Source: Octopus vulgaris (lineage: Eukaryota). From it: a stretch of 64,000 bases of DNA. Positions 14,038-28,412 of the stretch are shown here, piece by piece (position 1 is the first letter of the stretch; every line of letters starts with the position of its first letter). A program made the position numbers and the translations under genes. The notes below the pieces were generated by a model, which made no database searches, was not told the DNA's origin, and saw only the letters and a program-made list of their open reading frames with translations. The stretch lies in contig OX597820.1 in NCBI GenBank assembly GCA_951406725.2, positions 2,232,001-2,296,000 on the forward strand, written 5' to 3'.

Positions 14038-14410
14038 GGCCATGCTGGATCACTGTCTTTAAGAAATTTTAATTGAATGTATCAACTGCAGAACTTATTT
14101 CTTAAATCTTACTCTGTAGACCTTTCTTGCCGAACCGCTAGGTTACAGGAACGTAAACACACCAACACCGATTGGTTAAGCGGTGGTGGCACACGGACAC
14201 ACAAGCGCACACACATACACACACACACACACATATATATACACTCCCACACATACACACACACGTGCAAGCTTCTTTCAGTTTCCGTCCACCAAATCCA
14301 CTCACGAGGCTTTGGTCAGCTCAATACCAATGTAGTAAAAGACAGTAGCCCAAGATGCCACGTAGTGGGACTGAACCCGGAACCATATGGTTAAGAAAGA
14401 AGCTTCTTAC

Positions 14411-14415
<5 letters not shown>
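14038..14415 (-). mobile_element. SINE family C
   Basis: tRNA-like head (gtggtaagaagct..gggttcagtccc on the minus strand), internal (CA)n and conserved tail. Confidence 0.75.
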
Positions 14416-14445
<30 letters not shown>

Positions 14446-14746
14446 CAGAGACATAGAAGTAAAATAATACCAATGTAGTGAAATTTATTGAGTTGTCAGA
14501 TAAATTCGTTCGTTATTCATCGTTGCTTTTTCCTTCTCGGTACTCCGTCGTCATATGTCTGAAACGAAATAAAATTTGTTCAAGTTTCAAAAACGATAAA
14601 TAAAACTTGTGGTGGATGAATCGAACCAGGAAAGAAAACCAGAACATGAAACTCTACGAGACAAATATTTTCAGTGTTCATAGGAATAACATTGGAAAGG
14701 ATTAAACTAAATGGAATGGAATAAAAAAACAACGAATTTGACAACC

Positions 14747-14842
<96 letters not shown>

Positions 14843-15323
14843 GGGGAGAGAGAAGGAGAGAGAGAGAGAGAGTTTTCCCCCTCTTACTTGGCAATCCACC
14901 GTCATGTTTGAAAAACATATCAAAATTTATTGAGATTTCAAAAACGAAGAACAAAATTTGTAGAGGCAGATAAGAACTACAAAAATAAAACTCCTGAGAC
15001 TCTACGATAAAAGTATTTTTTTGTATTAATTCCAATAACATTGGAAAACATTAAAGATAAATAAAAGCAAAAACAAGAACGAATGAATTTAGCTGACAAC
15101 ACGATATATATATATATACATGTCCTTTTTCTTTCTTGTTTAACGTTTTTCCTTTTCTCTCTCGAACCAATCCTCCAAAAACTCACCAGACACACACACA
15201 TATGTGCACATTCATATAGATTCAAAATAACAGAGACCTTTCTCTTCCCCAAAGCAATTCCATTTTTTTTTTCAGCTAACTCACATGTATTTAAAAGATA
15301 ATTTTTTCTGCATTAAAAAATGC

Positions 15324-15367
15324 ATTTCTGATGAATCTCTGAAACGAGATGAAAGCGCTAGATAAAT
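15324..15367 (+). ncRNA. Minimal type I hammerhead ribozyme core
   Basis: CTGATGA (15328-34), stem II atctc/gagat, GAAA, palindromic gcgc stem III, then TA. Stem I pairing is weak. Confidence 0.55.
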
Positions 15368-15853
15368 ACAGATCCAAAATGTGACTGCCTACTTTTTCTT
15401 AACTAAGAAAATCTATACACGATTTGTTGGTGTAGGGGTTAATATACATATATTAACACATACACATACACACACAAACACACACACGCTCATACAAACA
15501 TACATATAATCGATTAAGGAAACAAGATCGATTCGGTATTAATCTTTAATCCCAACAACGATCGTTTCCACTCATCCTTTACGGTGTGCATCCCATTGTG
15601 TTGCACGAGTTTTGTAGTGTGGGCCACGTCAGGTACATGCACACATAAAGTGGTGCCCCTCTAAAAATATTGAGTTCAGAAAGTCATGTTGGTATTCCAT
15701 CGCACGGAATAAAGACTAATAGCAAATCCTGTTTTATTTTCTTTCCTTAATTGATTATTGCCTCAACTAACAATGCAGAATTCCTGAGGTAGACCCAACG
15801 AAAAAATATACCCTGCTGCGGAGGACACCGGGTAGCCCAGACTATGCTATATG

Positions 15854-15948
<95 letters not shown>

Positions 15949-15988
15949 AACATATATATATATATGAATATATATATACATATATATG

Positions 15989-16020
<32 letters not shown>

Positions 16021-16127
16021 AACATATATATATATATGTATATATATGTGTATAAACATATATATATATGTGTGTGTGTGTGTGTGTACATATATATGTT
16101 CATATACATATATATGTATATATATAT

Positions 16128-16440
<313 letters not shown>

Positions 16441-16956
16441 TACATATTGGTTTGTCAGACAAATATTATTTTAATTTTTCGGACCCATATGACACACAAC
16501 TCTCATGATAGAAAAACAAATGTAAAATTTATTTAAATTTCAAACACGATATACAAACTTTACAGAGGAAGAAAAAAAGCTATGTAAAAACACCATGAAA
16601 ACACAATAATAAAAATATTTTTCGTGTTAATTCAAACAATAAATGGAAAAAAAGGAAAAGTGAATGAATGTATTTGAAAAGCCAATATATTTATATAATG
16701 TCTATTATGAAAATTTTAGACAGATAAGGTGAGCTGCTTCCAATGACGTTTACTTGAATTAATGCCAAGTGACGGCTTCCGAAGACAGCGTATTTCCTAG
16801 GTTACATTCAGATTTTCACACTGTCTAAATTCAACATATATTATAATACTAAACATATATTTCTATTCGAAGAAAAACTCTCGAAGTATTGACGGTGCAG
16901 ACAGAGAGTAGATGTGGCGAGTTCAGAATTCAGAAAACTGACAAGGTTAAGTAAAC

Positions 16957-17104
<148 letters not shown>

Positions 17105-17105
17105 C

Positions 17106-17195
<90 letters not shown>

Positions 17196-17407
17196 TGCAT
17201 GTATTTGTATATATCATGTGTGTGTGTGTGTGTGTGTACATAATATATATGTCTATACATATCAATTTATGTAAATATTTACATAATGTTTGAATGTTGT
17301 ATAGATGTTGTATATTAAGAAGGTGGGAGTCAGAATTTTGAATAGTTCTTTATAAACGCTTTCGTTCGTTTATACATGTATACATATATTTATACATACA
17401 TGCATGC

Positions 17408-17440
<33 letters not shown>

Positions 17441-18635
17441 TGTATGTATGTATGTATGTATGTATGCATGTATGCATGTATATACAGTATAAAGGGAGTG
17501 AACGTTTCACCTGCGTCGTATCCCAGTGTTCTATTAAATAAATGAAACATTATGAATTTTCCAATAAATCTGTTTCAAGGGTGATTGTCTCCTCCTCAGA
17601 GAAGCTCTGCTCTCGTTTCTCGCTTCCCCAAACAAACTGCTAATCTAAGCCACTGTACACAGTAGTATTCTGAGTTTTGAGGGTCCATATAAATATACTT
17701 AATTTAGTAAAATATATTGCTAACTAGCCTTGGGTCACCGGGAAACTCTGAGTTTCCCAGCAACGAAGTTTTGTTTCGTGGATTTTTCTCTTTTCCATGT
17801 TATTTCGCATGCTTTCAACGAATGTGACATCGAAAGGTTAGAGTTTCTTCCTTTACAAGATAAAGTTGCATTCGAAACATTTTCCCATTATGCACCATTT
17901 TGGGGTATTTATACCCACTAAACCCCGAATATCTCAATAACTACCGCTCCGAATTACGTGAAACTTGTTTCATTGCGTTCGTATTAACATTTCAGGGTAT
18001 TTTCATAGTATTTTCCCATTATACTTTAGTTTGGCTGGGTAACATTGCAAGCAGGCAAGCAAGATTCAAATTGATTTCTAATGTATTATAGACAACAAAA
18101 TTATAAAATCTATTAATGCTATAATCTATATTATAGAATGATTTAAACTGTGACTTTTCTGGGTAGGGAGTAACGAGGATGCATCTTTTCTAATGAGAAG
18201 ACACTCATTCTCGAAACTGCTCTGTATCAAGATTCCCCATTAATTCTCTGTTTGCTTAAAATAAGCAACATTCTTTGCAATTTCCTAAACTTAAGCGTCT
18301 AGATAAATAACTCTACATTTATATACATTATACATGTTTAATGTTGTGTATATCTATATATCTATATAGCTATATATATATATATATATATATGTCGTTT
18401 TGGGATTTGGTTTGCAAGATTCTTTATATGAGTTCGTGTGTTGAAGCATATTCTCTTGTGTCTGGGGAGAGTCATTTTCTTTTTGTGCCTTATAATTTAA
18501 CAAACTCACCGGTAAAATTTCCACTTTTTTCTTATTTTTATTTTCCTAAAATTTTCGTTGCGTCTTGCAACCTTTTCAATAGTCTTGACTCTCATATAAG
18601 GCACAAAAAGAAAATGATTCTCCCCAGACACAACA

Positions 18636-18702
<67 letters not shown>

Positions 18703-18765
18703 TTTATGAATTTGTGTTACAAGATTCTTGATGTGAAGTCGTTTGTTGAAACACATAATGCTGTA

Positions 18766-19137
18766 TTTTGGGACGGTCATTTTCTTTTGCCAAATAAACA
18801 CACGTACTATATATCCGTTCTTCACTCGTTTATTACTGTTCTTATTCTAACTCATGTCCATTGTCCGAAAATCTTTCGTCACACATCTGTGACCTCTTCA
18901 GTGGCACTTTCTGCCTTCGTGTGTGCTTTTGAGTTGCTTATTCTACTTGCAGAGAATGGAATAAGTAGAGCAAGAGCACACACGAGAATGGAAAGTGTCG
19001 CTGAAGAGGTCACAGATGTGTGACGAAAAATTTCCGGACAGTGGAGATGAGTTAGAATAAGAACAGTGATAAGGGGGTGAAGAACGAATATATAGTGCGT
19101 GTGTTTATTTGGCAAAAGAAAATGACCATCCCTAAAT
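18766..19137. repeat. Fold-back element (~180-bp arms, short loop) with hammerhead-like core on each arm
   Basis: The arms are mutual reverse complements, hence the near-identical ORFs 18706+ and 18879-. The right arm has CTGAAGA(19001)-ggtcaca/tgtgac-GAAA. Confidence 0.8.
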
Positions 19138-20233
19138 CCAATATGTATGTGTGTGTGCATTGTGTAGCTTAGTAGTAAGATGTTGATTCACTATCATAGT
19201 GTTGTGTGTTCGATTCCGTGCGGGGATGGCAAGTTGCTTTTAAGTATAGCACATCATTTCACGTTGGCCCAGTCACTCAGTTGAAAATGTGTGCCTTCCT
19301 AATATTGCTGATGCGGCCCGACTCTCTCTTCCAGCTGTCACATCTTCGACATTTCGCTGGAACAACAGTGGGAGGGTCGGGAATGTCTGTGTGCTATTGT
19401 CCTGAAACAACTGGCACCTGAAACAATTCATGAAAACCTGATACAAGTTGTTACATCATACTCACTCGTGAGTGAAGGCTAATGTGTGAGTGAGTGAGTG
19501 AGTGAGTGAGTGAGTGAGTGAGTGAGTGAGTGAGTGAGTGTGTGAGTGTGTGTGTGTGTGTGTGTGTGTTTATGCAACAGCACTTCCCCTAACCTAGAAG
19601 ACCACAAATATGGTTAGGGCAAATATTATCCTAACCATAATTAGGATCCCAAATTACGGAGAGAATCGTGCAAATATCAATACAAACAGCAAAACCGCCA
19701 TAAACCAAGAAACTAAGAACCCTTTATCAAGTTCAACTCTGCGAGGATGAAGGACAGCTTAGAACAACGGGAACACAAAATATAAAAGATTCTCAAACAA
19801 CAAGCATATCAAACATATTCTCCCATCATCAGCCGTATAACGAGTATAGCTATCGTTTCCACACCAGGTTAGTACTATTCAATGCAGGGATGTCAGCAGT
19901 GTTCAAAATACTGCGCTGTTTGGTAAATAATAAACAAGAAGTAGGAACCGAACATTAACATAAAAGATCCGTTATGTCTATACCTGTATATCATCGACAT
20001 CAAATTTTGGCCAGCAAATTTGAGGGAGTGGTAAGTCGATAACATCGACCCCAGTGTTCAACAGGTGTTCTTTTTTATCGACCCCGAGAGAATGAAAAGT
20101 AAGGTTGACCCCAGCGCAATTTGAACTCAGAACGTAAAGACGGACGAAATGCCGCTAAGCATTTAGGCCGGCGTGCTGACGCCTGTCAGCTCAACGCCTT
20201 AATATCTGTGTATGATTACAAATAGAAACAAAA

Positions 20234-20815
20234 GCGGCGAGCTGGCAGAATCGTTAGAACGCCGGGCGAAATGCTTTGCGGTATTTCGGCTGCCGTTACG
20301 TTCTGAGTTCAAATTCCGCCGAGGTCGACTTTGCCTTTCATTCTTTCGGGGTCGATAAATTAAGTACCAGTTACGCACTGGGGTCGATGTAATCGACTTA
20401 ATCCGTTTGTCTGTCCTTGTTCGTCCCCTCTGTGTTTAGCCCCTTGTGGGTAGTAAAGAAATAGGTATTTCGTCTGCCGCTACGTTCTGAGTTCAAATTC
20501 CGTCGACGTCGACTTTGCCTTTCATCCTCTCGGGGTCGATAAATTAAGTACCAGTTACGCACTGGTAATATAATTAACTTAATCCGTTTGTCTGTCCTTG
20601 TTCGTCCCCTCTGCGTGTAGCCCCTTGTAGGTAATAAAGAAACAGGTATTTTGTCTGTCTTTAGTGTTCTGAGTTCAAATTCCGCCGGCATCGACTTTGC
20701 CTTTCATCCTTTCGGAATCGATAAAATAAATACCAATTGAACACTAGGATCGATGCAATCAATTTACGACCTCCCCGAATCGCTAGCCTTATGCGAAAAT
20801 TGGAAGCCATTATTA
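20234..20815 (+). mobile_element. SINE family A with three tandem ~183-bp central units
   Basis: Units start near 20281, 20465 and 20646. An inverted family A copy lies immediately upstream (~20010-20205). Confidence 0.85.
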
Positions 20816-21404
20816 CAAATACAAATATCAAATCTTAAACACAAATCGTTTCATAATTATTATATAGAAATTAAAAAATACTACCAACACATAGAAATAA
20901 CACCAAAAAGTGTATTGCATATATAATATATAAGCGTGTATATGTTATAAATATACATCGTCTGGTCTATTCATCTTCAGTCAGTTCGTCACCAGGTCAG
21001 TCTGACACCAGGTGAAATTGTCGTCAGAGTCCAAATTACAATATATAACCAAGACATTTTATTCTCGTTATACTGTTTTCAATTTGCATCTGTTATTCTT
21101 CTGTGCTTATTGCTATATGTAAAGTAATTTTGTTAGAGTCTCTCGTTTCGTTCTTTACTTTCTTTTCCTGAATACATCGAGACGGAGACGTGTGGAAATG
21201 ACAATTATACAATACAGACGCTTATAGAAATAATACTTACGTATCAATATGGATGCGAAAATAACTAAAATTGATACTTATTTATTCAAAAGTATTTATT
21301 TATCTAAAATTTCATCAGGAACACACAAACAAAACCGGTGACTAAAATCTAATATCATAAAAAAGATCGCATGTAAAAACGTGAAATGCTCAACATTTTT
21401 TAAT

Positions 21405-21845
21405 TGGCGCGGGCATGGCTGTGTGGTTAAGAAGCTCACTTTGCAACCGCATGGTATTGGGCTCAATCCCACTGCGCGCCACCCTGCGTAAGTGACTTCT
21501 ACTACAGTTTCGGTTGAACTGATACCTTGGAAAGGAATTATGAATTTGGTAGGCGGAAATTGTGTGGAAACCTTATACTTAAACACACACACACACACGT
21601 ATATATATGCATGTATGTATGCTTGTGTGTGCGCCTTTAATTTTGTCTCCTTACACTGCTTGACAACCGTCGCTGGTTTGTTTACGTCCCCGTAACTTAA
21701 CGATTCGACAAAAAAAAGGCTGAGTGAATAAGTCCCAAATTTTTTTTTAAAAGTATTGGTAGATTTGTTCAACTAAATCTTTCAAGGTGGTGCTCCAGCA
21801 TGGCTGCGTTTCATTGACTGAAACAAGTAAACGAAAAGAAAAGAG
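21405..21845 (+). mobile_element. SINE family C, full length, diverged
   Basis: ggcgcgggcatggctgtgtggttaagaag head, internal microsatellite, ggtgctccagcatggc..tgactgaaacaagtaaa tail. Confidence 0.8.
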
Positions 21846-21973
21846 AAAGATTCACATTTCAGCTTTTATGATCAACGCCCGACAAGAAATTATTCTATAT
21901 TTGTTTTTTGGAATATTTTCTTCTTCCCCGATAAATTTCTGGCAATTTCACATTTACAAACCTCTTTTTAGAT

Positions 21974-22330
21974 CGGTGATTCTCAACCGAGGTCGATATG
22001 GCCTTCAAGGGTCCATATAAAATTTTTAAAGGTCCACGCAAGCAAATAGTGTACTTGAGATCTACAATAGTATTTTAAGGGCCCCTGAAAAATTTTTTAC
22101 TTTAGATGTGTGTTTTGGAATGTATATTGTGCGAAACAGCTTCGTTTCTTTCTCTCACATTTCGCAAAGTTCAACCCACACAAATCAATGTGTGAAAGGC
22201 AAAATAGGAATTTTGAAAGAAGATTCTAGAAAACTAGATATTAAACATCGAATGGCTGTGGGGTGGGGGGTCCACTAGGATAAAATAGTAATGAAAGGAG
22301 TCCATAGGAAAAAGTGGTTGAGAACCCCTG
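21974..22330. mobile_element. hAT (Charlie-like) MITE with 8-bp target-site duplication
   Basis: TIRs cggtgattctcaacc / ggttgagaacccctg, with an exact TSD ttttagat at 21966-21973 and 22331-22338. Confidence 0.9.
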
Positions 22331-22469
22331 TTTTAGATCTTTAACGCATCAATGAGGCTCCGAATATTTCGATGACAAGCGTTCACCACAAACGGTTCGA
22401 CGCTCAACGAAAGCTTCAAAACTATTTCTTGGTCGGTGCGGCCCTGTAATGCATTCTTTTAGTTTTCAT

Positions 22470-23125
22470 CTTTTTTCTTTTACTTTTTTCGGTCGTTGGA
22501 CTGCGACCATGCTGGGGCACCGCCTTGGAAGGGCAGAGTCTAACAAGTCGACGCCAGTGTTTATTTTTTTTAAGTCTGCTATTGGTCACTTTTGTGGAGG
22601 ACGTAAACAAGCCAACACCGGTCGTCAAGCGGTGGTGAGGACAAACACAAAGATACACACTTATCACACAAACACACACACACATAACACATATACATAC
22701 ATAACACACACGCACGCACACACGTACACACACACACAGGTACGTACATATGTACGTATATTCGCCATGATTGATCGCTAGCCACTAAATCTTTTTCATT
22801 TTCTCTCTCTCCTTATTTCTGTGTTTCTTTCTGTTAAAGAGCTTAGGCTCGAAACCTAAAAGACTTTCTTACTTCCTGAGCGTTAAACTAATACATCAGT
22901 TTTTTTGTTTAAACACCCGTTTTCGTCTTTTGTCTTGTTTTGTTTTGTTTTGTTTTTGTTTATTTGTAAATTTCAACTGTGTATAAGGATGGGCTTCCAC
23001 ATAATTTCCATCTACAAAATTTACCCACAAAGCATTGGTCGGCCCGAGGCTATAGTAGATGACAATTTCCCAAGGCACCGCGCAGTCGGATTGAACCCAA
23101 AATCACAAACTTCTTAACCGCACAG
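22470..23125 (-). mobile_element. SINE family C interrupted by the short hammerhead-like repeat
   Basis: Tail at ~22470-22660 and head at ~22985-23125. The insert at ~22762-22985 sits in the SINE's internal microsatellite. Confidence 0.65.
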
Positions 23126-23676
23126 TCTGCTTTGAAACCTACAGCCATTTCTGCCTCGTGCTTTACATTCATATTTGTACCCGTAATTATTGGGGCAATT
23201 GGTGTAGTTATTATTAATTTGGAAAAGAAGCCCTGTCGCATTTCAAGATGGTCAAGAAACAAATATTTCTTAGGTCTTAATTGAATGATTTCGCTTGGAT
23301 TGGATTGGACTGTCCATGTTTAGCCTACTTCAGGACGAAGGCCTCGGCATGTTCCCTCCACCAACCACGGTCTGATGTGGAGACCGTGAATCTGAGCTTC
23401 ATACCATACTGGCTTGATGCTCTTTGTCACACTGACTTGACATAGCTTGGCAGAGAGATGCAGTTTTTATACTCATAACCTGGAGTAGCTAAGTCGATTA
23501 CATCGACCCCAGCGTTCATCTGGTACTTATTTTATCGAAACCCAAAAGGATGAAATGCAAAGTTGACCTCGTAAAGACGGACGAAATACCGCTGAGCACT
23601 TCATCCGGCGTGCTTACGATTCTGCCAGCTCGTTGCCTTGAATGAGTTAATCAAGATAATATTTACCCTCGTTATT

Positions 23677-23880
23677 CTTTTCTTTTTTACTTTAGGCACA
23701 AGGCCCGAAATTTGGAGGGAGGGGGTCAGTCGATTAGATCGATCCCAGTACGCAACTGGTACTTAATTTATCGACCCCGAAAGGATGAAAGGCAAAGTCA
23801 ACCTCGGCGGAATTTGAACTCAGAACGTAACGCCAGATGAAATACCGCTAAGCTAACGTTTCTGCCAGCTCGCTGCCCTA
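23677..23880 (-). mobile_element. SINE family A with 16-bp target-site duplication
   Basis: atttaccctc(g/a)ttatt at 23661-23676 and 23881-23896. Confidence 0.85.
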
Positions 23881-24100
23881 ATTTACCCTCATTATTAATA
23901 ACATAATCCCATCTATTTGACAAATTGCTGATCCCTTAGGCGTAAATTTCTTCAGACTGCGAAGTATAGAAACTCAGTATCATCTTTAATCCCTTCACAA
24001 TTAGTAAACTGTTTTCCCTGTGAATGATTTTGCAATGATCTGAAAAGACTGATGGATCAAGGCCGGGAGAGTGGAGAGACTGAGACAAAACTTCCATATT
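23881..24100 (-). mobile_element. Degenerate mariner transposase C-terminal fragment
   Basis: Minus strand, with frameshifts: HSPGLDPS..LFRSLQNHSQGKQFTN...GISNLSNRWDYVINNEGK. Confidence 0.7.
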
Positions 24101-25442
24101 TAGTCCCTAATCTGTTCCTGAGTAACTTTAGCAATATGTAGTCTTTACATTATCGTGTAAGACAAGACCCCTTTCCAATCGACAACTGATGGCTGCTTTT
24201 GTGCAATGCTACCAATTGATGGCATTTAGAAGGGCCGACTAATATAGGAAGACCATCGGATATATCAAGACAATCTGATATCTAATGACTAATTAATAAG
24301 ATATAAACACCATCTAATGTATAAATAAGACATCTGATATGAAAGACCATCTAATCTATAAATTCCATCTATTAGATGACTATAGACTGTATAAAGATCA
24401 TCTCAGGTGAGGAGCTGGCAGAATGGTTAGCACGTCGAGCAAAATGCTTAGCGACGTGTCGTCCATCTTTACGTTCTGAGATCAAATTTTGCCGAGGTCG
24501 ACTTTACCCTTCATTTTTGGCGGGATTGATAAAATAAGTACCAGATGATCACTAGGACAAATCTAATCGACTTACCCCTCCCCGAATTTGCTGAACTTGT
24601 ACCAAAATCTGAAACCAATATATAAAGACGGCGTCATCTGATGTATGTTTATTACGCAAATCTGTAAAGGTCAAAATATGCCAGATTGCCAGCATTTAGT
24701 AAGTCTACACTTTTGTTGATAACCAATCTCCTCTTCTAGAGTCTCTGCTCATTTACAAAACAAAAACAAAACTTATTTAGAAGACGATTTCGGAATTTTT
24801 TTTTTTTTTAAAGACAACTCACCATAACTTTTGCCAAAGATTTACAAATTCTTCGATATCAGCATTTATTTGTGAATGTTCAGGGACCTTGTTTTGGTTC
24901 TTTGTTCTTATCACCATTATTTTTTCGGTTAGTAAAGAATATATTGCCATTCCGAAGCTATACAAATATCATTGCCGAATACAATTTACGCATTGACAAT
25001 CAATTAAAAAACTCATAATTAGTTTAAAACTAATTAATTCAGTCATTAATAGATTAATTTTCCAATAAAAATAATTGAGTTATTTCTGAAGAATTTTATT
25101 TCCATTTTCGAACTAGGAATCCTTTTATTGTTTATTACGACATTAGTCTGATCAAATAGTTTGGTTATTTTGGAAGTATTTATCTCTGTACTGTTGAAAT
25201 TAATTACCGCAACCTAATAGCCCCTGTACACGCTAATGACCGCTGTTATTGCGTTGACATGTTACATATAATACAGAGGTAAGTTGCTGAGGTAACGTCT
25301 ATGTGGGCGTTAAGCCTGCAAGAAATAGCAGCCAAATCTCCATCAAAACACATTTTATGCAATGTCTTAAGCGAAAGAGTCATAGGTGTATAGGATTTTA
25401 TTAATAAAGACTTTATTATAAAACTATTAAAATCTTATCCGT

Positions 25443-25915
25443 AGGAGCAGGTATGGCCGTGTGCTGAAGAAGTTCGCTTTGCAACCACGTACTTTCGGTT
25501 TCAATCTAACGGTGCAGCACCTTAGGCAAGTGTCTTCAACTATAACCCCAGGCACACCACGGCTTTGTGAGTATTTGGTAGATGAAAACTGTGTAGAACC
25601 CCGTCATATATATATATCTTTTACCTGTTTCAGTTATGAGATTGAGGCCATGTATGTGTATGCGTGTGCATGTGTGCGTGTGTCTATTTGTATCTCTGTG
25701 TGTGTCCTTCTAATCACCTGACAAGTGGTTTGGTTTCGTACCCGTAACCTAGTGGTTCGACAATAGAGAACGACAGACTAAGTAAAGTTTCAGGCTTCAA
25801 AAATACAATAATTACTGCAGGATCGATTTATTCGACTGAAAAACAAGCTTTCAAGGCGGTACTCCAGCATGGCCGTAGTCCAATGACTGCAAAATAGTCA
25901 AAGATAAAAGACAAG
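25443..25915 (+). mobile_element. SINE family C, diverged
   Basis: Same head and tail as 63491-63862. Confidence 0.75.
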
Positions 25916-26303
25916 ATTATATTTCGGAAACAAATGAAAAGAAAATTCCGTGAGAATATTTAAATAGCGAAACCTGCTACCATGGTAGATTTAATCCAAG
26001 TTTCATTTAATGTCTCTAAATATTAGTCGGCTGGTGTGTGTTACAGAATGCTGCCATCTTTATTTTAAGAAGATTCAGTTAAGAAGGAATATTATAAGAA
26101 TGACAAATCCAAATTCCATTTATTATTGGAAGCGGAGAAATATGGTAAAAAAAACAAAAAAAAAAACTATAAAATTTAATACTTCACTTGTATCATCTTT
26201 GCAAATATTACAAAATACTTACTCTTTTCCCACTGGATTAGAAAAGGAATATTCAGACGTGCGCGCGCACACACACAACTATCTATCTATCTAACTATCT
26301 ATT

Positions 26304-26334
<31 letters not shown>

Positions 26335-26573
26335 TAATAATATAAGGGTAAATAATTACTAACCGAAGACTTTGTTTTCGTTATTTTTCCTTTTGTTTTA
26401 CATATGTGAGTTACATGTATATGTTGTATGTGGAGTTGTACTTGTAGAAAATAGAAATAAGCGGTCTTTGACTGCTATTTCTAATTTTTCGGTATGTGGC
26501 TAAGCAACCTGTTGCTTGCCCTTTCATATATATATATATATAAAGATAGATAGATAGATAGATGGATAGATAT

Positions 26574-26608
<35 letters not shown>

Positions 26609-27065
26609 CATACATACATACATACATACATACATACATACATACATACATACATACATACATACATACATACATACATACATACATACATACATACATA
26701 CATACATACATACATACATACATACATACATACATACATAGAAAGGAGTGAATACATGTTGCTGCATCCAAAAATTCAATGCAAACGGTAACATCTAATC
26801 GCAACTGAAACTCCGCCATTACGTCTGTGCGTTTCCCTTTTCTGTTCATCAGGAAGTCGTCGATTCAGCTGCAGAAAGTCATAATCATCTTAGTAATACA
26901 TCGGTTTTACCAAATATTCTGTGTGTATTATACATACACGCATATGCACATACACAAACACACACAGATATACAAGTGAATATATATATATATATATATA
27001 TAACATTATTGGTGAATTGAAGAAATGGAGCTGAACGCAGATTGAACAGAAATCGTTTTATTTCA

Positions 27066-27145
27066 TTCTACACGTGTTTCGAAAGGCACAAATTACCAAA
27101 ATCCGATGGAATAATGGGACCATATTGTGTCTTTCTCTTCAGGAA
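27066..27145 (-). ncRNA. Type I hammerhead ribozyme (left arm)
   Basis: ttc-CTGAAGA-gaaagacaca...tgtgcctttc-GAAA-cacgtg-TA-gaa: intact core, palindromic stem III, GUA cleavage triplet. Confidence 0.8.
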
Positions 27146-27360
27146 GAAAATAGGAAATCCGTTGGAAAAACAGAGGCGTTAGCGTAGGTAGAAATACTTA
27201 TCGTAAGCTAGGTTAGTGAGCGTCTGGGAGAAGATTAGCCTACGGGAGGGTCTTGACTTCGCATATTAGACGCAGGGCGATTTTTTGAGCCAAAACAGAT
27301 TTGTTTTTGCTCCGCCTCTGTTCTGTTTTTGTTTTTCCAACGGATTTCCTATTTCAACCG

Positions 27361-27445
27361 ATTCCTGAAGAGAAAGACACAATATGGTCCCATTATTCCA
27401 TCGGATTTTGGTAATAGTGTGCCTTTCGAAAAGCACGTGTAGAAT
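27361..27445 (+). ncRNA. Type I hammerhead ribozyme (right arm, 2-nt insertion in core)
   Basis: attc-CTGAAGA-gaaagacac...gtgcctttc-GAAA-ag-cacgtg-TA-gaat. Confidence 0.65.
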
Positions 27446-27655
27446 GAAATAAAACGATTTCTGTTCAATCTGCGTTCAGCTCCATTTCTTCAATTCACCA
27501 ATAATGTTCTAATTTCAATTATCCGCACCAACGCACGGTTGCAACACCATATGGTTGTACCTCCAACCGTGCTGTTTTACTGCTGTGATTTTTGCTACTA
27601 AGGTATCGGTTAAACTTTTGATTAATCTACTACAAGATTATTCATCTTTCTATTT

Positions 27656-27727
<72 letters not shown>

Positions 27728-27729
<2 letters not shown>

Positions 27730-28412
27730 GTATTTAACGGCATATTAGACACACCCTCATTTCAGCAGGTCAAATTCAGGAAAAAATGTTTCAAGTGTAT
27801 TTAAGCATATATTGTTGAAAGCAGTCTAGCAGCTCATTACAAAAGCAGAAAACATTGCTGTATAAAAGCAAGCATACAAAAGGAAAGCATACAAATTGCA
27901 ATAGCCGTGAGGGTGTTGCCATAACCGTGAGGGTGCTTGTACTGTTGTAGTGTGTTTTGTTATGATCATAAACTTTGTTGTACCAAGATATCCAACCTAC
28001 CTCCGTATATACACGAACTCGCAACGATCATGTAGTTTTACTCCCCACCGTTAGATGGCATCGGGTTAGGGTTCCGATCAGCTGATATTAGTAAACGTAT
28101 GTCATGGATCGCAGCCTAACAATTTACGGTAGATTGCTTTGATTTTTACGATAATTCGTATTTTAAAGTAATAATACTGGTAGTAGTAATAATAATAATA
28201 ATAATAATAATAGCAATAAAATAATGATGCATGAGTACGGAAAATATCATTAAGGCGTTAGCGTAGGTAGAAATACTTATCGTAAGCTAGGTTAGTGAGC
28301 GTCTGGGAGAAGATTAGCCTACGGGAGGGTCTTGACTTCGCATATTAGACGCAGGGCGATTTTTTGAGCCAAATTTTTTGGAAAAAAGTGCGTCCTATAT
28401 GCCGTCAAATAC

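Larger units (their letters stand above)
27002..27508. repeat. Fold-back element (~180-bp arms) with hammerhead ribozyme motif on each arm and a captured 121-bp spacer
   Basis: Near-identical inverted arms at 27002-27178 and 27313-27508. The spacer 27174-27294 is identical to 28253-28373. Confidence 0.88.

Noticed and set aside
18706-19160. Two near-identical proteins on opposite strands
   Set aside because: A consequence of the DNA palindrome, with no evidence of coding function.
26815-26860. Hammerhead-like CTGATGA...GAAAC...GTA on the minus strand
   Set aside because: No stem II or stem I pairing, so likely chance. The CTGACGA at ~60611 and CTGATGA at ~63184 were rejected likewise.
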